42,196 nucleotides of DNA from Parasitella parasitica NRRL 2501. Taxonomy: Eukaryota > Fungi > Mucoromycota. The position numbers and the translations under genes were made by a program. The notes under the pieces were generated by a model. That model did no database searches and was not told the origin of the DNA. It worked only from the letters and a program-made list of their open reading frames with translations. Below, piece after piece: positions 25,082 through 37,262 of the stretch (the first letter of the stretch is position 1; the number at the start of each line of letters is the position of its first letter). Location: assembly GCA_025201805.1 (NCBI GenBank), contig MU619327.1:1-42196 (forward strand). The letters are read 5' to 3'.

Positions 25082-26583
25082 GCTTATTCTATTTACAATC
25101 TTTTACAATTGAATTTTTGCCTCCTGTTCAATTATGTATATTGATTGTTTAACGCAGTTCTGCTATTTTTGAAACTGTAATATCTAAAGATTCTATATTA
25201 ATATAGCAAAACAGATATAATTACATAAAGAGTAATATTAATAGTTCTGATGGTAAAAAAATTCCCTTAAAATTAAGACTACATATGCCTAAACGGGGGT
25301 CTAAATCTTTAGGATTTTTTTTCGTCAAAAGGATCATTTTTGTCATTTTTCGATTGTTGATGGCCTTTCTTTATAAAAATTTGAGAGCAACTTGCCACTT
25401 TATCTTGTAAAAAAAAATATGCTCAGCGGCAGAAAAACATTTCCTATTGAATCGTACTACTTCAAAAAATATGCAGTTGAAAAATTTGGAGATAAAATAC
25501 TTTAATAGAGAAAAACTGTTTTTGCCCAAAACGTCATATTCTCAGAACAGTTCTTTTAATTTATGCACTCTATACAATTTATCCAGCTTTTATCTTTACT
25601 TTTCTAAGACTATGTTTTGTGTTTAATGGCCTTTTTTATGATGGGAAAAGCAAAAATCATGATTTTTCGATTTTGGATGAGGCTATACAAGGAGTTTGGG
25701 ACGGTTCAAAAATGCGCCTGCAAAGTTTTTAAATTTCAAGATTTCATATGCTTGAGTAAAGTTAATATGTGGAAACGATAGTTATTTCATACGACTTGAT
25801 GATAGGTAGCTATTAGTAAATGAGTCCCAAGAACATTATGATTATATCCTTTGCGTATAGCTTTAAAAAAAATTAATAGTCTAATGGTAAATGTTGGCCC
25901 TGAATGAAATAATCTACAGCATAAAAGCGTACATTGTGATCGCTCAGCATTACAGCTTCGCAACAGAGGTGATCTAAAAGGAGTTAAAGTAAACTTATAT
26001 TTCATTTAATCGTAGTCAACACTCATGAGAGGTAACATAAATCTATGTACGAATGTGAAATATATCGTGCAATGGCATTCGGGTTATATTCATCTGATAA
26101 AAATCAAAAAAGACGATCTTATTGCTGTTTATAGCTATTTCTCCGTCTAATCTGCAACATCTTTAAATAATGACACGACATGTATAAACAAAGACAAAAA
26201 GTTAAAAAAAGATTCAAAGAACCACTATTTTGAGATCCACCTTTTTTTTTTCAAGACTATTAGACGAAACAGAATCAAAGAAAATTAAATGTAAATATTA
26301 TATGTAATAAACTTTTTTCTTTATCAGTCATCCGTTTACTAAATCAGTGTGTTCATCAAAAAGTTTAAATGTACTGTCCAATGACAAGATAATTACATAG
26401 TCAGTGCAACCATACTTTGCACCTGAAATCACACAAAAACTTTCATCGGATAACCACTACACAGCCTTTTGAAAGATAGCTTTATTGCTTAAAAAAGCCA
26501 CTTGATAACATCATTATACATTAGTCTTCTTTCACTCTATTCTTTCACATTTTCTTTATATCCATCCTTTCCTTGAATAAATA

Positions 26584-28529
26584 ATGCAATCCATCTGCAG
26601 AACTTTGAAAGGTAAAGATGGTGAAATAACAATTTCTGGGTTTGTATAATTGAACCTCTTTCGTTAATCCAGGCGCTATTGTTTATAATGGCAAAAACAA
26701 ACATCAATTAGTAACTGCTACTAGCAAAGTTTTTACTACTAGAATTTCTGTTGCTTCACAAAGACGTCTTTATGCTACTGAAACCACTCAACAAGCAAAA
26801 GGATTTTCAAAGTGGACCATGTTAAAGAATGGTGTCAAGATTGGGCTGGTCGGCGGCGTTATATATGGCTGCTATGGCAAGTACTCGAGTGTTAAAATAG
26901 GCATTAGCGTGATGAAACTAACGTCAGGAGAACAGAAATGTACGTACAGAGACACCCTCCTGTCCAAGCTGATGTTGATCCTGAAAAGAAGACTATAGTT
27001 GTCTTGGGCAGTGGCTGGGCTAGCACGTCGTTTTTGAAGGACATTGATACGGATAATTACAATGTGGTAAGTGCATTTCCATGAAATGGAACACTTGGTG
27101 TATATAACATTAAATTTGTGGATTTCAGGTTGTTGTGTCCCCTCGTAATTACTTTTTGTTTACCCCTCTATTACCCAGCTGTACGGTAGGAACAATCGAT
27201 ATTCGATCACTAGTTGAGCCTACTCGTTTTATCGCTCGTCATAAATCGAGAACTGTCAAGGTGGTCGAAGCTGAATGTACTCATATCGACCCAGAGACCA
27301 AATCTATTACAATTGCTGGTATGTTGGTTTGTGCGTGCGTGAATGATGTGTTTGGTTCCAACTGGTATGTATTACATATTAGATAGCTCTGATGTCAAAG
27401 GACAGAATGCAGTAAGCACATTGTCTTATGATTACTTGATTATTGGTGTTGGTGCCATGAGCGCCACTTTTGGTATCAAGGGCGTTGAGGAATATGGTTG
27501 CTTCCTTAAGGAAGTCTGGGATGCTCAAAAGATTCGCACAAAGCTCATGGATTGCATCGAAACTGCAGCATTTCCTAATCAATCGCCTGAGGAAGTCGAT
27601 CGTTTATTACACATGGTTGTTGTAGGTGGCGGTCCTACTGGTATTGAGTATGCGGCTGAACTGCACGATTTTTTGGTCGACGATTTAGCGTCCTGGTATC
27701 CTGAGTTAGCTGGGAAAGTTAAGATTACTTTGGTCGAAGCTCTTCCAAACGTTTTGCCTGCATTCTCAAAGCATCTAATTGAATATACCGAGTCAACATT
27801 TAAGGAGCAAAATATTGCCATCCACACTAAAACGATGGTGAAGGAAGTTCGTGAAAAGGAAATCGAAGTAAAGAGACCTGACGGCAGCACGGATACCATT
27901 CCTTATGGTCTCTTGGTCTGGGCTACTGGCAACACTGCTCGTCCTTTGATCAAAAACCTGATGCAAAAGTTCCCTGAGACTCAACAAGTACGTCGCGGCC
28001 TTGCTGTCGACGACTGGTTGCGCCTTGAAGGATCTCAAGACATCTATGCATTAGGAGATGCCACCGCTACTCGCTATGCTCCTACTGCTCAAGTTGCTGC
28101 TCAACAAGGTAAATATCTCGCTCGTCTCTTTAAGCAATTGGCCGTTAGAGATGAGTTGGAAGCTGAGCTTGCCATTGCTACTGAAGAAGATAAATCAAAG
28201 ATGGGTCGTAAGCTTCGTAAAGCCAAGGATATCAAGCCTTTCCATTACTCGCATCAAGGATCTCTTTGGTAATATGGCTTTATAATGGATAGAGATTCAT
28301 TGCTAATTCGTTAAATGTTTTGTATAATCATAGCTATGTTGGATCTGACAAGGCTGTCGCCGATTTACCCCTTGGTCCTGGAGGAAATATAGCTACTGGT
28401 GGTGTGGCCACATTCGCATTCTGGAGATCTGCTTATATCTCCAATTTGTTTTCTACTAGAAACAGAGCCTTAGTGATCACAGATTGGCTGAAAAAGACAG
28501 CATTAGGCCGTGATATTTCGAGAGAATAA
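26584..28529 (+). CDS. Mitochondrial type II (alternative) NADH:ubiquinone oxidoreductase, Nde1/Ndi1-like; 6 exons
   Basis: Basic, hydroxylated presequence; VVLGSGWA (FAD); [14 protein letters not shown]; [16 protein letters not shown] (NADH); [14 protein letters not shown]; C-terminal WRSAY...GRDISRE. Confidence 0.93.
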
Positions 28530-28809
28530 GTTTACCATACGATATAGTGCATTGGATGAATAAAAAATAAGCCAAGAAAACGATAGAAATTAGATAATGT
28601 AGGTGCAGTTAAATATTCCCCTATCTGAGTGACACAAACTGGGTAGTTTGAGAGTAGGTAGCCTCAAAAACAGTTGTATTGAAAACCAACACAGGTTTTC
28701 ACCATTGTTATAAGGAATTCTTAAAATTATCGGCTTTATGGCAGATTAATCATTAATAAGAAGGTATAATTTTATCATCACATTTATTGGAGGAAGGGAA
28801 AATTTTTTT

Positions 28810-29863
28810 CTACATAATGTTACAGTTTTCCAAATCCTTCATATCAGGCATACCCTCAGGATTACCAAAATTCATACCAGGCGCCATTTCATCCAATAAT
28901 TCTGCAGGCGGTTGTCCCAAATCTTGCATTTTAGTCATTAAACCCATAATTTCTTTGCCTTGAGCTTCATTTTTCTCGTCAAAATCAGATGCTTCATATT
29001 TAGCAACGATTTGCTGACAGATAACATGCTGCTGTTTATACTTTTCGTAGTCTGCCTTGTCTGCAGTATCCTTATGCTCTTCTAACCAGGCTGGGTATTT
29101 TTGAGACAAGTCCTTCATAGGTTCATACAGAAGCTCTTTGGACATCAATTGACTCATCATTCCCTCTAAAACGCCTTCAAATTCTCCATTGTCTGCTAGT
29201 GATTCCATTTGCTTCATTAATTCTGCCATAAAAGCGTCTTCAGATTCCTCGGCAATTGATGACTAAATCAACAAAATCTTTCAGTACACTATCAACTCGT
29301 TTTTTTTTGCTGCCACAACTTACATCGATTTCCTTTGAGCTGTCTTTGAGCTTATTCATAGTTTTATCAATCGTCTCCTGGAAAGATTTCGGTACGTTGG
29401 GGACTTGTCGTGTACTCAAAGCTTCTGCTGGAGGTGCTGATGCAGTACTTTTAGCAGTAGGAGGAATTGAAGGAGCTGCGGTTCCATTGTCAAATGAAGC
29501 CCACACTTTTTCAAAAGCTTCCTTCATTTCATCATTGCCCTCACCTTCCATTTGACCCATCAATTGTTTCATACCTACAGCCAGTTGCTCCGCAAACTCA
29601 TCACTGTCGAGCAAACCATTCAGATCTGGTACTTCTGGATCCTCATCCTCTGCGCAAGTAACAGTTGTAGTTGTCTTCTTAACTTCTGCGACAACAGGCT
29701 TCTTTTCGACAGCAGATAGGTGGCTCATATCATCAAGTACGTCTGATAAATATTAAAGTTTAGTTGCTTGACCATAATCTAGCAAATTCCGTCTACCATC
29801 TAATAAATCATCGATATCAGAGTCTTCTTCGACTGTAGTAGAGTTCTTGAGATCCTTGGACAT
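28810..29863 (-). CDS. PEX19: Peroxisomal membrane-protein import receptor Pex19; 3 exons
   Basis: N-terminal DIDDLLD|DVLDD, FQETIDKTMNKLKDS, LMSKELLYEPMKDL, MQDLGQPPAEL and a C-terminal CaaX box CNIM. Confidence 0.93.
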
Positions 29864-30753
29864 TTCTTTAGATACCGAAAAAAAAAGAACGAGGGGAAGA
29901 AGGGTTTAAAGGCCAAAAAAAATTGACTAATTTTAAATTTATGAGTGCGTGTGCCGTGTGTACCCTCCAAAGCACCAATCCTTATGATTTGAGTCTGGCT
30001 GAGAACTAAACAGGCGCGGCAACATCAGTTTGCCTGAGAAAATCACCATGTGAAGAAGCTCAACCTCTACAATTTTCAATGAGTAATGACGATGCATCAA
30101 AATTGCGTATTATGAGCGACCCACATCATTAAGCATTTAGCAACCGCTTTTTCTTTATGCTTTTATGACAAATTTGACTTTTTATGTCTAAACGCAGTTG
30201 TCAGCTTCTATTATGGACTTTTTCTTTTTTTGCCTATTAATGCCATTTTCTAAATCTTTTAATGAAATTCTAAAATTGATAACAACATCAATCTTACTGA
30301 CCGAGTCGTGTAATAAGTTTAAAACAACAAACAAAAGCTAGCAATCACCCCATGTATTTTCAATTGCTCAAATGGTTGCTTGTGAATGAGACTTGAAAAG
30401 AATAAAATAAGGGCCATCCATTAGAAAAATTCTCGCTAACGAAACTAGAACTTGCATAATCTTGTTTTAAAATGAAGAATTTGGTATTTTCTACGCTAAC
30501 GTTTTATCAAGTTGATAGTGTTCTTTTCTTGCGTCCTTATTGTCGCATCTATATAGAAACGCCAATATGTGTTCCTCCGCCTGAGCAAACCCTTTAATTT
30601 ATTATCTTGCGATAATTTACAGTACAGTAAGATCTTTTACGCTCGGAAACGGGAGACGGAAAGTATACCCTGTGATTTATGTATAATATGTAACGATGCA
30701 CTCTTGTTTTTTTCACAGGGCTTTCAAGTTTTGCAATCGTAACGAAAATGAAC

Positions 30754-30761
30754 TGACGTCA
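30754..30761. promoter_or_regulatory. Perfect CRE palindrome TGACGTCA upstream of the DAP-like gene
   Basis: Exact ATF/CREB consensus about 470 nt upstream of the ATG at 31234. A single 8-mer could occur by chance. Confidence 0.3.
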
Positions 30762-31165
30762 AATTGAAAACTTATCGACATTGTAGTTACAGTAGTACAT
30801 GACAATCGATACAAACACGTACCCCAAAAAGACGTTTTGACCGAGAGATTGACCTGTTTCACTGTAACATGTTGGTTTCATGTTTTTATCCGTGTTTTTA
30901 TTTTTTGTTTGTGAGATCATAAACATTCAAGATAGTGTTTGATGGCATTACATAATACATCTTATTTTCTCTAATTTAGTCCTGCCAAAATGATGTTATC
31001 GACCTTTCCTGGTTTTCTGCTGAATGTATTTTAAAACGTAATCCCGACCATGTATAAGCAAGACATATCCAGTTATGTCATTATGATGGAAGGTTATAAT
31101 GCTAAAATGTGAAATGAGCTGTGACTCGAACAACATCATTATGCAGCCTAGGGAAAAGCAAAAAG

Positions 31166-31173
31166 TATAAAAA
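31166..31173 (+). promoter_or_regulatory. TATA box of the DAP-like gene
   Basis: TATAAAAA about 60-68 nt upstream of ATG 31234. Confidence 0.5.
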
Positions 31174-31233
31174 GGCTTGACAAAGTACATCAACCAGGTA
31201 ATAACTTTCAATTATACATATATTCTCAATTAA

Positions 31234-31593
31234 ATGCCCAACTCTACTAATAACATGCCCGACTTGAATAACATTGCTGCTCCTGCTCATATGGTTGGTG
31301 GCATGCGAGTCAAGAATCCCGATGCCCGTCGTGCTTCATTGAAGGAAGAAGAGACTAACGATCAGACCATGAATGCCACTAATAATGAAGACAACCGCGA
31401 AGTCCTTGGTAATGAGGAGCAGGCCAACATGGAGGAGCAAGAAAGACTCCGTATTCGTGAACTCCAAGAGCGCCAAGCCAGAGATATGGAAGACCATAAT
31501 GCTTCCCGTCTTCCAAACGTTACAAAGAACGCAGGGAACAATGTCAAACACCATTTCATTACCCCTACCCAGCCCAGATCCATGAACCATTAA
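31234..31593 (+). CDS. Small disordered protein resembling death-associated protein 1 (DAP1/DAPL1/Dap1b)
   Basis: Intronless 119-aa ORF with a TATA box and downstream AATAAA. N-terminal APAHMVGGMRV resembles DAP PPAVKAGGMRI, and C-terminal HHFITPTQPR resembles DAP QHIQQPRK. Confidence 0.7.
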   Translation: MPNSTNNMPDLNNIAAPAHMVGGMRVKNPDARRASLKEEETNDQTMNATNNEDNREVLGNEEQANMEEQERLRIRELQERQARDMEDHNASRLPNVTKNAGNNVKHHFITPTQPRSMNH

Positions 31594-31976
31594 ATTACAA
31601 TCTATTCATTGTATAAATGTAAATAGCTTATGGAATAAATAAACCAAATTTGTACATTTCATTTGCGTGTGTATGTGTGTGTGTGAATTGAGGCAAATGT
31701 TTAGGGAACAACCCGAATTTTCTCCTATTGTCAAAAAAATCCTAAAACGCCCCTTTTTTGTTTATTGTGTCTTTAAAATGGCGTAAAACTGACCTTTCCT
31801 TTGTTCTTCTTTCTCTAATTTCACACATTTGATTGTTAAAACATACTTTTTTTTATACATTTATATCTCTACTATTTCCTTTGTTCTCATTGACATAATC
31901 CCTTGTCCCTTTCTTCTTTTTCTTGTGAGGCTTGTTATATTATTAAAAACAGAGAGAGAGAGAGGAATTACCGAAC

Positions 31977-33302
31977 ATGAACAGTTTGCAGCAATATTTT
32001 GAACAGCAAAATGACAAGGAAGCAGCTTCCATTGTGGCAGATGTCGTTGCCTTGCTCCCATCAAATGCCTCGGTAGTCAATTGGAGAAATCAAGGAGACA
32101 TTGAGGAAAATCGAAAAGTAGATGAAATAAATGAAGAAGGGGTGTTGAACAATATTTTATTGACAAAGGAGGTTTGAGTTATTTTACTACAATTGCTAGC
32201 CCTTACATTTTTAACCAACATCCTTTTCCATATAGTCTGAAATAGCAGCTTTAAAGGAGATCGTTTCGACATGGAGGAACCGAGCTCTGGCAGCAGAATC
32301 TAACGCTCGATCATACTATCTTGGTATGCTGCGCAACTTGTTACATCATTTCTAATACAATTGACACATTCTTTTTATTATTATTATTATTATTTCACAA
32401 AAAAATAGATCAATTGGACTTGATTCGGCTTCAACATGAAAAAGAATTAAAATCAATGGAATCTAGATACATGCGAAAGCTAAATGAAAAGGAGGATGTT
32501 ATCTTAAACCTTGAAGAACAAGTAGGCTATTTAGTCAGTTGCCGCTCAAGTCGACGTTCAAGCCGTAAGTTTTTCATCTGATGATTTTATAATATCGATT
32601 ATAACCTGTTTTTTCAACAGTTGGTGACACAGATTCATTCGAATCCAACATAGACCAAGATTACCAAGACGATGATGAAGACATGAAAAGCATTGCCAGC
32701 AGTATTTACGATGTATGGATATATTGTTTTTTTGATCCCCCCTATTTTTTTAATATATTAACGTCTCCTTTTAGAGAGATGCTGAACAACAATTAATCTT
32801 GATTGAAAGCAGACCAACAATATATCCAAATGAGAATACAGCCAGCCACAAAAACGAGTTGAGATCCGAAGCTATTTTAGACAGCATCCAAGGTACAATG
32901 CGTGCCATTGAACAAGAATTATCAAACAAAACTCGAAATCATCAACACCGTCGTTCACCCAGTAATGGTACTTACTTTTCTTCTGTGACACTTATTGATC
33001 CCGAGGAACCCTCCATGTTTGATGCTAAAAAAATCAAGAAATCAGCCTTTTCCATAAATCGTATTTTTAAGAAAGCATTCCCAAAACTTTACAACAAAAG
33101 CAATTTAAAATATACTAGCAACAAATCAGCACACCAACAACAACATTTATTCCACGATGCTAGCTTCCCGAGAAGTAGTACAGATGAAACGTTGGGTGTG
33201 TATTCAACAACCTCAACCGTTACAAATGAACATCCAAAAATTCACATGAATTTTGCAACTTCATTATTAAATCAACAATCACAACAAACAATGATTATGT
33301 AA
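31977..33302 (+). CDS. Hypothetical coiled-coil protein; about 5 exons
   Basis: ORF pieces joined by GT-AG introns (donors near 32172, 32324, 32565, 32714). Heptad-like segment IDQLDLIRLQHEKELKSMESRYMRKLNEKEDVILNLEEQV. No family recognised. Confidence 0.65.
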
Positions 33303-33392
33303 CAACACTTACACAAACACACTTGCACTCACAAAAGAATAATTATTCCTTCAGGCATCACACATTATATATATACTTATGACTTATATGAA

Positions 33393-33450
33393 TTATCACT
33401 TTATCACTTATCACTTATCACTTATCACTTAACACTTAGCACTTGGCACT
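33393..33450. repeat. Heptamer tandem repeat (TTATCAC)n with progressive decay
   Basis: ttatcac x5, then ttaacac, ttagcac, ttggcac. Confidence 0.85.
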
Positions 33451-34155
33451 TAAACATCTACTATTCAATATTCTGGTCATCATTGCTTAAAAATCTCCTT
33501 TTTTGATCAGACCAATTCCAATCTCGAGAGACTCGAGCACTTGTGCTCGAACCTCGACACAAATGTACCCTTTCTTGCGAGCTTTCATCTTCAATAAAAA
33601 CATACAGTAATACCCTGACGTATGATCGCATATATGTTGTGAGTATTTATTTGTTGTATTTAGCGTTTAAAAATGGGACGTAAATGACATCATGCCAACT
33701 TCTTGAAAGATTTCTACTACTGATGTCAAGAACTTTTGTAGATTTGCAACTCTGCTAAATGATTCGCTTTTGATTCTTTGTGAACAGTACAGCAATAGTT
33801 TCATTTAGCATCTTGCGCATATCTTTCATTCCGGTTTTTGCCGTCTCGTTGAGTAGGCTGAAAACCAACATAAAAACATAGACTTGAAAAGTGAAATGTA
33901 TCATTTTTTTACTTTTTTAAAGCGCTTCTACATGACCCACTGCCGTCTTTATACTGTTAAATCAACAAGTGAAAAAAAAAGAGAAGCATCGTTCATGTAG
34001 AATAAAGAATGGATGGAACACTTCATTAGGAGCATGTCTTGATGTTATTCTGCTAGAATTTTCATCATTTTAATCTGGAATATTAGTTCCACGAGTAAGA
34101 TCATAAGCATGGAGAAATGACCCTGGCTTGATGCCTTGTGAATAAGCTGTGTTGT

Positions 34156-36064
34156 TCAAGCTGTATTTGTGGAGGTATTAGAGCAAGCCGAAGCTGGACG
34201 TAGAGGAGAACTGGAGACATAGATTCCGTCGATATCAGCTATATAATTACAGGGTAGCTTAACATCTACTATCTCGCCCAAAAAAGACTCAAGTGTAGAT
34301 GCATTACCAATCTTTTTGTTTTCTAGATGCGATTTCTCAATAGAGGTCAAGACTTTCGATGATTCATTTATGGTTTGCTACAGAAAATTTAAGCAGATGC
34401 AACTATTTTATCTATCCCGGTGAGTCATACCTTTAGCTCCCACATAGTATTCACTACGGCCTTGAGTTCGTCCTTGCAACCTTTGTTAGACGTGGTAACT
34501 ATGCAACTTCTTTGCCTATTAAGCACGTAGACGTTCGCAGTTGCCAGGTTGAGCGACCATAATCTGATTTTCTTTCCAGTCGCATGAATAAAGTAGACTT
34601 TTAGCGTTTTGAACAACTCGACATCAGCATAATGAAATCTGTAGGCAATGGTGAGTAGCATTGCGATTAGTCCATATGCCGCCTTGATATAATCAGTAGT
34701 CTCCTTGTTTTTGTTACAATCACCAAATGGCCCGGAAGTCTCTAGCAAAGCTAGTTCAACATTATAAGCTTCGTCAATAATTACGCCATCAGCATTATAG
34801 TAACTTAACAAGCTTAATCCACGACGACTCAATTCATTCTTAATGGCAATTAATCTGACTTCCCCTGGGATAAAGATGTGTTGTGGTAGAGATTTTGCTA
34901 CAGTATCCAGTAATCTCCAAATTAGACGATAGTTATAAACTGATTCCAACCTCTCTAGTTTCCCCATCATAAAGACTTGCTGTACGCTTCATATCAGTTG
35001 TTATAGATGATTTGTTGACTGACAAGCATAGGGCACACTTACAAAATAAGGAAAGTTTCATAGGCGAATGTCAAGCTCTTGTCGTTGGTTCGTTTAACTT
35101 GCTTACAGCTGTATAACAACGTTTCTTCGCAATCTTTTACCGATGATTCCTGCAATGTGATTAGTACCAGGAACGCTCTAGATACTTGTGTCCAGTTTAT
35201 CTCACCATTTTATCCAGTATTTTGTTGTAAAAATCAGGAAATTTGGCAAATATGTCGAATTGCTTGACTCTCATCATAGCATTGGAGGTTGATAAAAGAG
35301 TTTCAGGGAAGAGCTGCTTTGTTGTTGCATTGCCAATGTTGTCGCCCAGTTGTACGATACCAAGTAACTCAAGGCTAACAGTTAGCGTTAATTTTACAAG
35401 TCAATACTATGCAGAGATTAAAGCTCTACCTATACTCATTGATATCTGTATTGTCCGAATAGTCCAATCGATTGATTAATTGTGACCAAACTTCCCAAAT
35501 ATTTGCCTCATTTATGGATTTATTCGATGATTGTTGGGATGATTGTTGGGATGATTGTTGAGATGGCTGTTGCGATGGCTGTTGCGATGGCTGTGATGAT
35601 TCCTGTGATGAATAGCATTTCTCAACAATTGTCCACAACAGGCTGAAATTTCTATTCTACCTCCAAATTTGTTTTAATTTTCTTATTTTCATGATCTACT
35701 ATAGCTTGTGCCACAGAAGTTTCGCTAAGCAAATAAGCATTGACGCGTTTTCTTAAGGAAACTTTAGATAGTATTTCAATCCAGTAATTGTCAGCTTCCT
35801 CGTTTGATAAAATCTATTAAATCAATCACATTAAAGTCCTAGTAAGCAAGCTTATTCATAAAATGAAAATACCTCAAATCTGGTATCTCGCATCCGTTTA
35901 GCAAATTCCAACAACGGCTTGTTTTTAGCATTCACATCAAATTTGGCAATTTTGCCGACAAGTTGTTTAAAATCTTCCTCTGCTGTTTCTCGAAACTGTG
36001 CACCTATGTGTTTGAAGTAACCAGCGATACTAAATTGAGAGATATTAGCTTTGAGGTAATTCAT
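34156..36064 (-). CDS. Lineage-specific protein with a C-terminal PD-(D/E)XK/restriction-endonuclease-like domain; 6 exons
   Basis: An intact frame can be built through 5 GT-AG introns from ATG 36064 to TGA 34156. Motif order is GEVRL...YNADG...ELALLETSGPF...TDYIKAAYG...IRLWSL, with an SQQP/SQQS linker. Confidence 0.7.
35527..35600. repeat. 12-bp coding minisatellite (SQQP/SQQS repeats)
   Basis: Units gatgattgttgg / gatggctgttgc, about 6 copies, in frame on the minus strand. Confidence 0.8.
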
Positions 36065-36173
36065 CTTGAAGAAGAGAGTAGGCTTTGTCGAATTGAAGAG
36101 AACCCTTTATATAATGACGCAATCACTAATGTTCAAAATTGGAAGCCAACTTCTTCATCTGTTTCCTCGCGTT

Positions 36174-37262
36174 TTGGTCGCACCTATCCAAGACGACAAT
36201 GTTTGCTTTGGCTAGTAAGGATATGGCATGTATCATACGGAGATGAGGTGATGCTTTTCTCTATTACTTACATGCATACGGTGCTCTGGACCAAGACAAA
36301 TTAGAAATAGTAATAGACTTTCTGAGACTTTCACGACATGAGTGGCAATCAAGTTTTTCAATGGCGACTTCAAAATATCTGTCTAAAGGCAAGTGTTTGT
36401 AACTCAATATTCAACTGGTCGACATAAAACATCTGCGTGCCATTGAAGGTCTGGTTGCGCCTGTCCAAGACGACAGTCTTTGCTTTGGCTTGTAAGGATA
36501 TGGCATATATCACACGGAGATAAGGTGATGCTTTTCTCTGTCACTTACAAGCGACAGTGCNNNNNNNNNNNNNNNNNNNNNNNNNNNNNNNNNNNNNNNN
36601 NNNNNNNNNNNNNNNNNNNNNNNNNNNNNNNNNNNNNNNNNNNNNNNNNNNNNNNNNNNNNNNNNNNNNNNNNNNNNNNNNNNNNNNNNNNNNNNNNNNN
36701 NNNNNNNNNNNNNNNNNNNNNNNNNNNNNNNNNNNNNNNNNNNNNNNNNNNNNNNNNNNNNNNNNNNNNNNNNNNNNNNNNNNNNNNNNNNNNNNNNNNN
36801 NNNNNNNNNNNNNNNNNNNNNNNNNNNNNNNNNNNNNNNNNNNNNNNNNNNNNNNNNNNNNNNNNNNNNNNNNNNNNNNNNNNNNNNNNNNNNNNNNNNN
36901 NNNNNNNNNNNNNNNNNNNNNNNNNNNNNNNNNNNNNNNNNNNNNNNNNNNNNNNNNNNNNNNNNNNNNNNNNNNNNNNNNNNNNNNNNNNNNNNNNNNN
37001 NNNNNNNNNNNNNNNNNNNNNNNNNNNNNNNNNNNNNNNNNNNNNNNNNNNNNNNNNNNNNNNNNNNNNNNNNNNNNNNNNNNNNNNNNNNNNNNNNNNN
37101 NNNNNNNNNNNNNNNNNNNNNNNNNNNNNNNNNNNNNNNNNNNNNGCTTTTCTCTGTCACTTACAAGCGACAGTGCTCTGGACCAGGACAAACTAGAAAT
37201 AGTAATAAGCTTACTACGACTCTCATGACATGAGCAGCAATCAAATTCTTTATTGGCGACAT
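36174..37262. repeat. Tandem copies of a ~277-bp diverged repeat flanking the assembly gap
   Basis: cctatccaagacgaca...ggatatggcat...gatgcttttctct... at 36183 recurs at 36460. The copy continues after the gap as gtgctctggaccaggacaaactagaaatagtaata..., matching 36281-36368. Confidence 0.85.
36561..37145. other. Assembly gap (585 N)
   Basis: Run of N. The 31 bp before the gap (36530-36560) are identical to the 31 bp after it (37146-37176). Confidence 0.99.

Noticed and set aside
36174-37262. CRISPR-like or regularly spaced array
   Set aside because: The units are ~277 bp diverged duplications without unique spacers, in a eukaryotic context with no cas genes.
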